From assembly GCA_047495785.1 (NCBI GenBank), contig JBLDXI010000003.1, positions 3,534,001 through 3,598,000 on the forward strand: a stretch of 64,000 nucleotides of DNA, written 5' to 3'. Shown in pieces: positions 12,101-24,000 of the stretch. The stretch comes from Lepidodermella squamata. Its lineage: Eukaryota > Animalia > Gastrotricha. Numbering within the stretch: the first letter of the stretch is position 1; every line of letters starts with the position of its first letter. The notes below the pieces were generated by a model that saw only the letters and a program-made list of their open reading frames with translations, made no database searches and had not been told where the DNA came from. Made by a program: the position numbers and the translations under genes.

Positions 12101-12706
12101 GTCTTCGTAAAGGTAGGTCCAACATAAATTGAAAAGCCTTCAGAAACATTATTTTTAATACAATTTATTCAACAGTTTTACCAAGATGATCGGCTTTGCT
12201 TATGCCATTTTCTATGAGGGTTGTGTTGTCCGTTGCCTTTAGAAATCCAACCTTGTACCTGGCGATTGAAACTTGATTCGACACCGCAAAAAATAACTCA
12301 GGGAAAGTGCTGTAGTTTCCCGTGGATAGCGTTACTTCGATGTAAAAATCTGATAGCGAAAACGGCTAGATAAATTAATATTTTTAATGTTTCCTATATA
12401 GATTTTATGTAAATCTCACATTTTTTGCCCACATTGAACCTTGGGATTGGAGCTTCTCAGAGATGAGTCGAACTGAGCCGCTATTCCTCGTCGTGTTTGT
12501 GTAATTCTCGCCTGGGTATATCTCCCAGTTGGCCATGTCAGCGACAGACTGGTAGGAATATGATGACTGGAATATGGCATTAGAGCAATTCAGGACCTGG
12601 CCATCAGTCACTCCTATAACTTGTTGAGTATGAGGGAGATTTAAAGATTTACGTATAGGATCTTACCAATGATCAGCATCAGAGTTATCAACTTGTTCGA
12701 GTTCAT
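8019..12706 (-). CDS. Predicted fusion receptor: signal peptide - 2x L-type (legume/ConA-like) lectin-like domains - Ser/Thr mucin stalk - Cys-loop ligand-gated ion channel (~1158 aa, 18 exons)
   Basis: Exons (minus): 12706-12667, 12619-12420, 12365-12182, 12137-11740, 11688-11494, 11145-10950, 10892-10462, 10412-10362, 10305-10201, 10148-10119, 10068-9973, 9908-9879, 9828-9724, 9655-9626, 9575-9468, 9412-9377, 9321-9255, 9193-8019. Total 3477 nt, all GT-AG, all in frame. Signal MNSNKLITLMLIIVIGVTDG. Lectin-like motifs VRLISEKLQSQGSMWAKNPFSLSDFYIEVT and LRLQGEVIYERGALWSRSAFNLNDFYVEAT. Confidence 0.62.
9377..10412 (-). repeat. Tandemly duplicated exon-intron units (96-108-nt exon + 30-36-nt micro-exon) encoding the Ser/Thr stalk
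   Basis: Roughly 250-bp unit repeated 3-4 times, including intron sequence (ATGCTAATCAGTGCAATAAGTAA near 9685 and 9938). All these exons are phase 0/0. Confidence 0.8.
11311..11450. repeat. AT-rich 15-bp tandem repeat (AATTTTCAAATTTTT, ~8-9 copies) inside an intron
   Basis: Directly visible; explains why this intron (347 nt) is longer than the others in the gene. Confidence 0.9.
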
Positions 12707-13484
12707 GATCCAACGATTTGAAGAATTATATTGCCTGAAAATTCCGTGCGATTTATTGGAATGGAACGCTGTGCACCTGGTATGCACCCTTTTAACGCTT
12801 GTTTTTGCTGCGGCGACGCCTCCTTTTGCGTGGTTCCACTTTATTCAACTACGCAGTTCAACGCAGCGACTAGGCACCCAAACTACCTTATTATTATCGA
12901 GCCTCGGAGAAAAAATCATTACCTCAGGCGTTTTTCGAACTCCTTTGTGAACTCGTTTTTAAAATGTGGTTAAAGTGGCTATTTATTCATTTATTTATTC
13001 AAAAGTGATTTGATCCAAAGTTGAGAGCACGACGGAAAAACAATTTCAAGTAGCAGAAAATGCAATACCTTTCAGTCCGTTTCGCTTTTAAATATTCTGA
13101 AATTATAGCCCAGCTTGAGTGGTTTTGCAATTCAAACACTCTGTTTGAGTTTGGATCACTTGGTCGCGAACTTTGTTAGTTGGCGAACATTCGTACGTTG
13201 GATTCTATGCTCTACAAGGCAATCTGCACATCAATGCTTCATCGATTAAAATCGGCTCTTCGCTCGAGATACGCCGCATTATTCTTGACAAATCTGAAAC
13301 AGTTTCTGAAAAATGATGAAAATTGCCGAACCTCTGCTTGAAAGTTTGAAATTGAAAAATGACGCATTCGGAGCTTGAAATGGCTGGCTCCAATATTGTT
13401 AAATTAGTGTTCAAAATTGCCCGCTCCCTAACCTAATAAAAGGTCCTGAGTAGAAAAGTAAAAATAGGCGATTTTTTGGGGTCT

Positions 13485-13779
13485 TACTTTCAGCGGAACC
13501 AAATTTTCCTGTTGGCGGAACAAAATTTTGGAATTTTTAATGGGCCTAAAGCCACTTTTCGAGGCTTTCAAGCTTGTCATGATTTATCAGCATCATTTGA
13601 AATAAATCATCATTAAATTCAGCGTAAAATTCTGTAAAAGACCGATTCTTCACTATGGAATTCATGCACTGCCTCATTTTCGTAGAAATATTCAAAAAGC
13701 GACCTTTGCTTACCTAAAATTGCTTACCAAAATTACGATTTGGTTCCGCTACAGTCAAATTTGGTTCCACTAAATGGTA
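13485..13779. mobile_element. MITE-like element (~295 bp, TA ends, ~40-bp imperfect TIRs)
   Basis: TACTTTCAGCGGAACCAAATTTTCCTGTTGGCGGAACAAAAT at the left vs reverse complement of the right end TACCATTTAGTGGAACCAAATTTGACTGTAGCGGAACCAAAT. Confidence 0.65.
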
Positions 13780-14440
13780 TTCTGTTTTTTTGGACTACAA
13801 ATAACGAGGTAATTTTTAATTTAGGTTCCTCTGAAATAATAAGAGAATAGAGATTGTTGGGGAAAAAAACCGAATTTTAGATATTTCGTGGATACGTCTT
13901 TTGATCTATTCTTGTTTCGGATCTATCCACTAATAAAAGTCGTCTGATTGAGAGATTTTATCTATTTATTAATTTAGAAGCCATTCATCCATTATAGTTA
14001 TGTTGGAAGGCTCGGCTGAAAAAAGGCAATTGGCTATATAGTTTGATCAAACTGTATAAATATTTTTTCCAAACCCAACATACAAAATAATTCAGCTTCC
14101 GAAAAACAAAATGCTAAATACCTAAAAAGACAATTATTTTATGTGATCTGCGTGTTCCGGTTTCCGGTTACAAGTTGGCCTTAATCTATACATTTTCAGG
14201 CGATAATTGTTCCGCGTCGCTATGAACGCGTGCTCCGGCGGCGCTCTCATTCATCGTGAGCGTAGAGCAAAGTTGCTACAACACGCGCGGCAAAACGAGG
14301 CCGAGCGCGCGCTGATCGAACGAAGACTGCTGATGTAACACCCGAAAGCTAGGTCAAACCATAAAAAAAACCTGTAGAGGCATTCGGAAATATTACCATT
14401 TTAATCATTTTAATATTTTTTTTTCAAATCTGAATTTAAC

Positions 14441-15661
14441 ATGCGACTTATTCTTGTAGTAGCGGTTTTAGCCCTGTTTTGCGTCGGTAATAACAATAAC
14501 CAGCATTTTTAACAAATTTTATACTTATTTTCATGAATAATAGCTTTAATTTCTGCCGATGCCTCACCCACAGTGAATAATAATGCTGCCGAAGCTACGC
14601 CAGCAGTGAATAACAATGCCGCTGAAGCGCCCGCTGGTTTAGCCGACAATCGCGGTTTGAACGGCGCCAACTTCGCCGGCAAACGGAACCGACGATGCCG
14701 TCCTAAATTCCACCGGAACAGTCGCAGCTACGTCAGTGCCTCTAAGAAATCAGCCTCAGCGGGTAAAAGGTTCGGACGCCGCCACGGTCAACGTCGCGGT
14801 GGAAATTACGCCGCTGCCTCGGTGAACAAGCGATCTGCTTCCGCCTCGGCTGGCAATGGCCGCCGTGGCGGTCGCTTCATCGGACGCAAGGGTCGTCGCA
14901 GTGGCAACTTCGCCTCGGTTTCTGTTAGCAAGCGATCTGCCTCAGCTGCTGCCGGCAACTTCCGTGGCCGTCGCGGCAACTTTGGTCGCCGTCATGGTGG
15001 TCGTCGCAGCGGCAACTTCGCCTCGGCTTCGGTTAATAAGCACTCCGCCTCCGCCTCAGCTGGCAGCAACAAGGGCATCAATAAGTTCGGCCGAGGCTCA
15101 TTATCCGGCCGTCGCCACGCTGGTCGTCGCCGTGGAGGAAGCTTCGCCTCTGCCTCGGTCAACAAGCGCTCTGCCTCGGCTGCTGCCGGCAACTTCCGCG
15201 GCCGCCGTGGTCGTGGCAACTTCTCCGGCCGTCGTCACGGTGGTCGTCGTGGTGGCAGCTTCGCCTCAGCCTCTGTCAGCAAGCGCTCCGCCTCGGCTGC
15301 CGCTGGCAAGTTTCGCGGTCATCGTGGTCGCATCTACGACCAAAAGGGTCGTCGCAGCGGCAACTTCGCCTCGGCTTCGGTTAGCAAGCGCTCGGCTTCA
15401 GCTGCTGCCGGTAACTTCCGCGGCAATTATGGTCGCCGTCGTGGCCACTCCGGCTCGGCTGGCTCCTACGGCAGGCGCGGCTATGGGCGAGGGTACGGCC
15501 GTCGTCGTGGCGCCTCGGCTTCAGTCAGCAAATACTCGGCTTCTGCTAATGCTGGAAGCTACAACCGTGGTGGCTACAGGGGACCTGGGCGCCGTAGCCG
15601 CTCTTTTTCCGGCCACGATTCTCGCGGCTATCGCGGTGGTTCTTATGACCCATATTACTAA
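14441..15661 (+). CDS. Secreted Arg/Gly/Ala/Ser block-repeat protein A (FASASVxKRSASAAAG + GR-rich spacers)
   Basis: Exons 14441-14486 and 14544-15661 (phase-1 intron). Signal MRLILVVAVLALFCVALISA. About 8 repeats of the ASASV(N/S)K(R/H/Y)SASA block. Ends GGSYDPYY. AATAAA near 15695. Confidence 0.85.
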
Positions 15662-15844
15662 ATAATTCCGCAGCCAATGAAAGACATCAAGTGAAATAAA
15701 TTATTTATTTAGTAAATTAATTTGAAACTTTTGGACACCTTCGAAATAAATCCGCAGAACAAGGAAAAACGTTTCGCTTGTGTTACCTTTGTTTTGCTTA
15801 ATTATCTGCGATTTTTCGGGAGAAAATAAAAGCTGAGCTATAAT

Positions 15845-18037
15845 TTATTTTTTATTTTTGCCATCTCCAAAGAATACAAAAATCAGAATTGGCATGAAGT
15901 AAAGAAAAATTATCACATTGACTTGAACTGCTGAAGATGCCGTAAATTTTTTAATCTCGCAATATTCCCCACTGAACCCTTCATTACAATGGCAAATATC
16001 AGCAGAAAAATACTTTGTCCCATTCGAATCGCAAGATCGTTCAAAAACTGGCTGGGTCAACTGGTCATCGCCTTTATAACAATAACCACCCCGCCTACAG
16101 ACGCAATGAAAATATTCGAAATCGGCCGATGATAACCGGCCACTGAACAGCAGGAAACACGGCATGTTATCATTTGGGTCTAAATATTCGAAATTAATGG
16201 TCCAATTTCGCCGATATGACCTCATTTCTTGGTCTACAATAAGCGCAGCTCGTCGATAATCAGCCATAGTCCCATTTTCGAAGAAAATCTCCAAATGGTT
16301 TATCGGACTTGATGAAGCTGTTAGGCATACCAAGGTTGAGTTGAAGGAATTCATCGGAAAAGGCCAGAAAATCGAGTTCTCCTGAGTTGTCCCTCTCAAC
16401 CCGTACCTACCATGGTTGCTGATTGCAATGAAAAGTCCCCCAGATTTAACGGATAAAATTGTTCGATCAGCGTAATTTCCGTTTCTTTTCAACAAAAACA
16501 CAAAAGTCCAATCGAATTTGTTGGAAATTGCCAATTCTCGCTGCGATTTTTCGAAATTTTTCTGGAAATAAACGATTTTTCCAGATCCAGGGCCAAAATA
16601 TGCCTGATTGAGGTCGCATTCACCAAAGGTTCGGCAAACACATCTAGCCAGTTCCATTTCTTTTTCGGTTAAAACAACCTGATACAGTGAAAAACATACA
16701 ACAGCGCCGTCTATCAAATTATCGGGAAAACCGAAAGAAATCCCACTTGGATTCTGGTAAAAGTACAATCCGTCCAATTTTTCAGAATTAACGACATGGC
16801 CAGTTTCGTTATAGATTCGAATAAACGGCCATTTGTAGGAAAAAGCGACAAAATGCCAAATAGGTTCATGAAAAGTTTCAGTAAAATTTAGCAGAGCTAT
16901 CGAAATATTTGTCGATTTTTTCTCTAGCAGTATCGAATTTCGGGTGAAAAATATTTCAAGACCCAGAGTTTCATTTCCAATGTCGACAATCCGCAGCTTT
17001 TGGACGATGGGCTGGTGGCGATAGACGTAGAAAAAAATTGTGAAGTCATCCTGTGGTAATTTGATTTCGCTATTATTCGCGATAATTGGCGGTGTTTTTT
17101 CGAAATCTCCAAATTTTGCGAACAAGCCGTAGCCAGCAGACCGAAACGGGCCTTTTGACTGTGTTATCAATCGTCTGGCTGTGATATTCGTGCTGGCTAG
17201 ACCTTTAAATTTCTCCATCGAACCCGAGGTGGCATAATCCCATTCTGCGAGTGGCCAAAATCCGACGAGTTTGGATGCTTGAGGGCCTTTGAAATTTGAT
17301 TGATCGCAAGGATGGCAGTAGCAGGAGAGACGAGACATTCCGAGACCGGTGAAAATTCCATTCATCACCACCAAACAACTGATATCATTTTCTATATTGT
17401 TGATCACATAATTGTGGAAAATGTTACTGAATCTTATAGGGCAAATACCTTGTGAAATATTTCTGACTTGGAGTAGGTGAATGTCATTGTTGGTAACGAC
17501 TTCAGCGGTGGAAACTCTGAAATTTTAGCCATTTTTTAACTAGGCATTTTGCCTTATTTTTTTATATTACCTTTTGGGGGTTGAAATTGTTTTCAAATAG
17601 CTTCCAGAGGCTGAATAATAATGTGTTAGCCCACGATTCGTATCCAAAACCATGATTCGAAATACAGTCCTTTCCAACGGCCATAAATCTTCGTCGCTAC
17701 AGCAATAAATTTCGTAGTATCGAGTCGAATTTATTACGAGACGAGCTAACATCGCATCGCCACGGTTTTCGAATCGTGTGATTGATAGAGCTATTGTAAA
17801 ATCGCTGAGATTCGGTGGTATGGCGTAAGATATCAAGGGAACTGGTTGATTTTGATAATAATTTGGGACATCATCAACGCTTGTCAATCCCTTCATGCTG
17901 TATTTTGCGATCGTATCAGAGACCGGCGACCAAATTCCAAACACATGAGTAGAATTGGGTAGGTCTGAGATCTGAACACCAGTTGCAAGATGGAACAAAT
18001 GGGAAGCCAATGTGATTATACTCGCTAGGATTTTCAT
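15845..18037 (-). CDS. Membrane/GPI-anchored protein with 3 LamG/pentraxin-like domains + EGF
   Basis: Exons ~18037-17571, 17516-17450, ~17393-15845 in frame. Signal MKILASIITLASHLFHLATG. Repeats with LVGFWPL..FTIFFY..WHFVAFSY..CFSLYQVVLT..CVCR; EGF CHCNEGFSGEYCE; hydrophobic C-terminal tail. Confidence 0.75.
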
Positions 18038-18430
18038 TCGGCTCTAGGAATGACCAGAGACAGAGAGAATGGCTATATTTTAGAATTAATAAATAATTAA
18101 GGTGGGCATTTTATTTCGATGTTTCCAAAAAATTTAAGAATTTTGCGGATTTTTACCGTTACCTCTTTTTTGGAATAATTCCACAAATTATTAGCCGGCA
18201 CCTTCTTAAATCTTCGAAATCACAATTTAACCGAAATTTTTTATAGTTTGACTGACGAATATTAGGTGGCAAAAAAGACAACGAGGAGCCGAATGATAAA
18301 CTGAACAGTTTTATTTCACACTGAATCCCAAAAACATAACCGGAAGTATCATTGCTCATAGCATGGCAAAATAAATTTTATTTTGTTAATTTTTTGATCT
18401 CGAGACAATAGGTTGACCTAGTCCTGAGGC

Positions 18431-19786
18431 TTAGTAGGTGTAGGTGCTATCTTCGTGAGCAGCTTCCTTACCATAGCCGTGTTTGTTGCCACCCTTCTTT
18501 TCGGTCTTCTTGCCGCCCTTCTTGCCATGGTAGCCGTTGCTGCTGGCGCTCTTCTTTCCGTAGCCGTAGGAGCCCGAGGACTTCTTGCCCTTCTTGCCGC
18601 CCTTCTTCGCAGCCTTCTTGCCATGGTAGCCGCTGTCCTTCTTGGCGCTGGCGCTCTTCTTTCCGTAGCTGTGCGAGACTGAGGACTTCTTGGCCTTCTT
18701 GGCAGCCTTCTTCGGGGCCTTCTTGGGGGCCTTCTTGGGGGCGCTAGCGCTCTTCTCCTGGTAGCTGGCAGAGACACCTGCATGGAAGTCGTGGGTGGCA
18801 CGTTCAGCCGAGGCATTGGCGCGCTTCTTGGACTTCTTAGCCGAGGCCTTGCGAGTGTGGGCAGAGTCGGAGACGGAGGTCTTCTTGCTGGCGGCCTTGT
18901 AGTCGCGAGCCTTATGAGCCTTACGGGTGGCGGAGGCCGAGGCGTGGCGTTGATGGGCCTTGTTGCGCTTCGCCTTCTTCGAGGCAGCGGCGGCCGAGGC
19001 CTTCGAGTCGCGGGAAGCGTAGGCAGCAGAGTGGGCCTTGCGGGACTTCTTGCCGTGGGCCTTCTTGGCGGTCTTTTTGCGGGTAGCAGTGGTAGCGGCA
19101 CCATCAGAGTCGGCCTTGGCGAACTCTTGCGAGCCGGACTCGAAGCTGAACTTGTTGACCTTGTTGTGGCCCTTGTCGGTGAAGGTCTTCTTCTTGAACT
19201 CGATCACCTCGCCGGCCTTGTCGCGGGCCTGGTCCTTCTGGAAAGCAGCCTTGCGCTTGTGGTCGGCGCGGCCGTGCTTCTTGTTGCGCTTGTGCTTCTG
19301 GGCAGCGGCGGCGGCGCCAGAGTCGGCGTAGGCGTTGTCGTGCTTGGCGAAGGCAGCCGAGTCGCTCTTGCGGACAACACGGCCGTGGCGCTTGCTGGCG
19401 GCCTTGGACTTCTTGCGGTCGTAGGCGGAGTCGCGCTTGCCAGCCGAGGCGTAGCTGGCCGAGGCACGTTCGCGGCTGGCCGATCGGGTCTTGATCAGCT
19501 TGCGCTTGTCGCTGGTCTTCTTGTTGTGCGAAGCATCGGCCGAGGCGTAGTCGACGGCAGCGTCTTCCTGTTCAGCAGAGGCGGACTTGCGGTCGTAGGT
19601 GTCGCGTTGGTCGACCGAGGCGGAGAAGGAGGCCTTCTTGCTGCCACCCTTCTTGGCGCCTTTGCCTTTACCACCGGCAGAGACTGAATAAATGGCGAAA
19701 AATTAAATAAATAATTGAAGATGGGATTGTAGATTACCGGTAGCGGCAAGCAGGATAATCACAGCGAGAGCGAGGTAGACACGCAT
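18431..19786 (-). CDS. Secreted Lys/Ala/Ser/His-rich basic protein C (~433 aa)
   Basis: Exons 19786-19738 and 19683-18431 (phase-1 intron). Signal MRVYLALAVIILLAATVSA. Strong AAG/GCC codon bias. Ends EDSTYTY. Paralog of 39328-40529. Confidence 0.85.
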
Positions 19787-19984
19787 ATTTTATAATTACT
19801 GATTCTAATTTGAAAAAAGGAAATTAGATCACAACTGTGACATTATTAGACTTTAATCATCTCACGGGGCATGCTCAAGCAAAAAAATGATATCTGTGCA
19901 ATATTGCAACAGTTTCTAAAAAGCCCTTTTCTTATACGAAAATAAAGTGGATTCGCGGCGAAAACGTTATTGAGTATCTTTCGC

Positions 19985-21198
19985 TTATTCCAAGCCGAAT
20001 TTCAAGAGAGGGCGGTTGTTGTTGCCAGCCTCGGCGGAGGCCGAATTCTTGTTGACCGAAGCCTCGGCGAATTCGCCACCGCGGCGACCACCATGGCGAC
20101 GACCGAAGAACTTGCCATGATGACCACGGCGACCGCGCTTGCCATTGGAGCCAGCCGAGGCGGAGGCAGAGTTCTTGTTAACCGAAGCCGAGGCGAAATT
20201 GCCACGACGACCCTTGTGGCCGAAGAAGCGGCCACCACGGCGGCCATTGCCGGCTGAAGCAGAGGCAGATCGCTTGTTATCTGAGGCAGAGGCGAAGTTA
20301 CCGCGACGACCACGTCCGAAGTGACCGCGACGGCCACGGAAGTTTCCGGCAGAAGCAGAAGCAGAGCGCTTGTTAACCGAAGCAGAGGCGAAGTTGCCGC
20401 CGCGACGACCACCATGACGGCGTCCGAAGTGGCCACGACGGCCGCGGAAGTGGCCAGCGGCAGCCGAAGCAGAGCGCTTGTTGACCGAGGCTGAGGCGAA
20501 GCTTCCACGACGACCACCGTGACGACGACCGAAGAACTTGCCATGATGACCACGGTGTCCACGGAAGTTGCCGGCGGCAGCCGAGGCGGAGCGCTTGTTG
20601 ACCGAGGCAGAGGCGAAGTTTCCTCCACGGCGGCGACCATGACCAAAGTAGCGACCAGCGTGATGGCGACGGCCGAAGCCCTTGTGGCCCCTGCGACCCT
20701 TGTTGGAGCCAGCCGAGGCGGAGGCGGAGTTCTTGTTGACAGAAGCCGAGGCGAAGTTGCCACCACGACGACCCTTGTGACCGAAGAAGCGACCACCACG
20801 ACGGCCATTGCCAGCCGAGGCAGAGGCGGAGTTCTTGTTAACTGAGGCAGAAGCGAAGTTGCCGCGACGGCGACGACCGAAGAATCCGCGCTTGCCGTTG
20901 GAGCCAGCCGAGGCGGAGGCGGAGTTCTTGTTGACTGAGGCAGAGGCGTGGTTTCCAGCACGGCGGCGGCCGTGGAAGCCAAAACCGCGACCGTGCTTGC
21001 CAGAGTACAGATTGCCGTGGTGAGCCTTGTCGACACCAGCCGAAGCGGAGGCGCTCTTCTTGTTCACAGAGGCGGACGCATCATTGGCGGAAACGGCAAC
21101 TTTAGGCAACGAAAATCAATATTGAAACCAGTCATAACAACATGTCGCTTACCGATGCAGAACAGGGCGACAGCAACTGCGACGAGTGTCAAACGCAT
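19985..21198 (-). CDS. Secreted Arg/Gly/Ala/Ser block-repeat protein B (paralog of 14441-15661)
   Basis: Signal exon MRLTLVAVAVALFCI (21198-21153), phase-1 intron, then VAVSA-NDASASVNKK...; about 11 NFASASVNK(R/N)SASA(S/A)AG blocks separated by G/R/H/F spacers. Confidence 0.85.
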
Positions 21199-21667
21199 CT
21201 TAAATTCGGAATAAAATATGATGATAAAAAGGCGAAGCTAGCTGGAATGATATTTTCCCGATTTCGAAATCGCCTTTTAAAGGCTGGTTCGACCGGTTTT
21301 CACCTGCCTGTTGCGTAGCAGAGCCATCGGTCGCGTGTTCAACCTAACTATCCGCCACCATGTGCAACAATATCGCGAGCGAAAATTTGATTTGTTTTTC
21401 AAAAATTCGCTCGTTCACGCGTTCACGCTGTTGTTTTGTTGTTATTGCTTCATTTTTTGTCCGCCTTTTATTCGCCACGCTCGCCGAACCACAAAAACTC
21501 ATTTACGAAGACAGATTATTTTAAAATTTATAATACTTAATTTTCAACCTCAAAAACCAGATTAGAATGTCCGCCTATTATTTATATATTATCATCACCC
21601 TGGCAGATTCAGTTAAAAAATTTTCGATAAAAAACACGTGAACAAAAGTTTATTTACGACGATTGCA

Positions 21668-23755
21668 TCACGCGGCAATTATCAATGATAAATAGTAGAA
21701 AGCAGCAAAATGTACTGAAATCAGCAGCTTTAGGTTGGCAACAATGAAACCAGCTGCATTTAGAGGATCCGCATCAATGCAAAGGCCCTTAGTTTCGCAA
21801 ACGCACCGCATGTGGGCGAAATCAGCCGGCGCCAACACAGCCGAGTACAACACAAAGCAGCCCAACTCATTGGTAGAACCCGATTGGAAATCACCGAATC
21901 CAACTTGCCAATCTTGATTAGTTTTCTCAAACGCCCCATCGCCAAGGCCACGCAAATCTACCGAATCAAGCTTGGTCCCATTTTCGTTGAAAGATTCCAG
22001 TTTCATCGACGAGGCTGATAAGGTTAGACCGACAAAATTGATGCCATTGACCATTTTTGAGGACAAAGTCATTGCTTCGGATGAGTCGTAAGTTACAGTC
22101 AAATTCCTGTCATAACCGATTTGCCATGGTCCAAGCTTCAATATTTCAAAAGAACCTGCCGTAGCCCTTCGCCAATACATTACAACACTCCATTCCTGAG
22201 ACAGTTTCTCATAGGAATTTTCGGGAAATTCTCGAATTGCTTCGAATGATTTCGTGGAATTTTTGGACATTGTTGAAATAATATCGACTAACGCATCTGG
22301 CGCAGGTCCAATGTAAGGCTTGTTTGTCGGGCATTGGCCATAATTTCGGCACACACATCGAGACATTGCGATTTGTTCACCATCCAATGCTGTATTGTAT
22401 ACCGACAGACAAGTTACAGCCCCGTCGTAGCTTGGATCCGGGAACCCAATTGAAAGGTCAAGATTGCTATAGCCCAAATTGATCTCGAAAAATCGACTCG
22501 TATCACCAACCCCGGTTTCGTCGTAGACAGTGATAAAACCGTTTTTATAGGTGAAGGCTACAAAAATCCAAGGAGCGTTATTTTCTCCAAAAATCCAACG
22601 CCGCGTTTTTCGATCAAACTTATCCCAAATATACTGAAGTCCATCTTTCGTAGCATTAGGCCAGAAGTCTATCAAGTCGATTTCATCCTCGCTGATTTTG
22701 CTTATCAGGCCGAGGTACTCCTCCGACATGATCAACGTGAAACCGAATTGACCTCCGATATCAAGAATTGTCTGAGGGGTTGAAAAATCCCTAGATCCAC
22801 AGTATAGGTAGAATGTGATCGTAAAATCGGGATTCATCGCGAAATCTTCATTAGTAATCAACGGATAGTCATCGCCGGGGCTGTCAAATTTCGCGAATAA
22901 TTGCATGCCAGCTGATTTGAATGGACCTTTAGTCGATGTAATCAATCGGCGGGTTGAAACTTCGCGCATTCCTTTCCCAGTCACGTAATCGTGGGTCCAT
23001 GACTGCAAGTCGTCCAGCTCGACCAATGGCCAATATCCGATCAGTAGATTCGACATGGATAGCGAATTGATTGATTTTTCATTTTCATCGCAAGCTCGAC
23101 CAATACGGCATGTGCAGGGTATTTGCGAGATGGAAGACCCACTTAGTACACCATCGGTCAAGGTTAGGCAAGTCATGGCATCTCCTTATAGGAAAATTGA
23201 TTTTAAGAATTACAGCAATTCCTAATAATAGGACTTACCTTGGTTCATTCCACCGAACTTGAAGCCAGTTATAGGTAAAGTCTTGCAACTTTGGTCTACG
23301 AAAGAATCGCCATTTAAGCTTCCAATAAAAGATCCGGACGATGAGAAGACATTCCATAAGTTCTTTCCAGCGTCAAGAACTAAAGCTCGGAAAATCCACT
23401 GATCAGAAGGCCACATTTTCTTATCATTTTTGCAGTAGTTAATGGTAGAGACTGTTTTAGTATCACTGAAGAATTCAGCCACAGTGCCCGAACTGCCGGA
23501 TGACTTTCTTATGAAGAATGCCATAGAAAAAGTTGACAACGTGGCTTCGTTATTAATTTTGTACTCAGCCAACGAGTTCAAAAAATTATGAGGATTTTCA
23601 CCGATTCCAATCGCACTTCTCGGGTAACTGTCACGATCGCCCATAATAATTTCGATGCTTTTGGCCAGTGAAAGACCTGTCAGTCCGAATGTGAACTCGG
23701 GTCGCATAAGTTTCGTGAAGTTGAGGTGCCAAAGTCCAAGTACATTCTTCGGCTT
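21668..23755 (-). CDS. LamG/pentraxin-like repeat protein with GPI-type tail (paralog of 15845-18037); 5' end unresolved
   Basis: Exons ~23755-23239 and ~23185-21668. Same three-domain layout (RRLITSTKGPFKSAG vs RRLITQSKGPFRSAG). Tail NAAGFIVANLKLLISVHFAAFYYLSLIIAA. No intact signal exon found upstream of acceptor 23756. Confidence 0.65.
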
Positions 23756-24000
23756 CTGAAATGCAAAAAATTAATTTTTCGAAATTTATTGAATTTTTAC
23801 AAATTACCGCAACATAATTTTAGGAATTATTGAAAATTAATAGGTGCAATTTTCGATTAATTTAATTTTAAAATAGGTAATGAAATTTAAATTTAAATTA
23901 ATCAAATTAAATTAAAAAATAAATCAAGGTTAAATATTAGCCTAAGATTTGGAGCTTTCAACTTTTAATCCGATGTGATAGATTCTCTAACGAAGTTTTC

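Noticed and set aside
12182-12365. Suspected frameshift in lectin exon 3
   Set aside because: Recounting the A-run at 12288-12293 (6 nt) gives an open frame FPELFFAVSNQ.
18431-19207. Histone H1/protamine call for the KKA/KKG-rich ORFs
   Set aside because: No H1 globular domain, and each gene has an in-frame signal-peptide exon.
18782-19687. Long Leu/Val/Ala-rich antisense and alternate-frame ORFs over the basic-protein genes (also 14856-15665, 20002-21036, 39172-40431, 42574-44092)
   Set aside because: Shadows of stop-poor, GC-biased AAG/GCC repeats; signal exons, splice sites and codon bias support only the K/R-rich frame.
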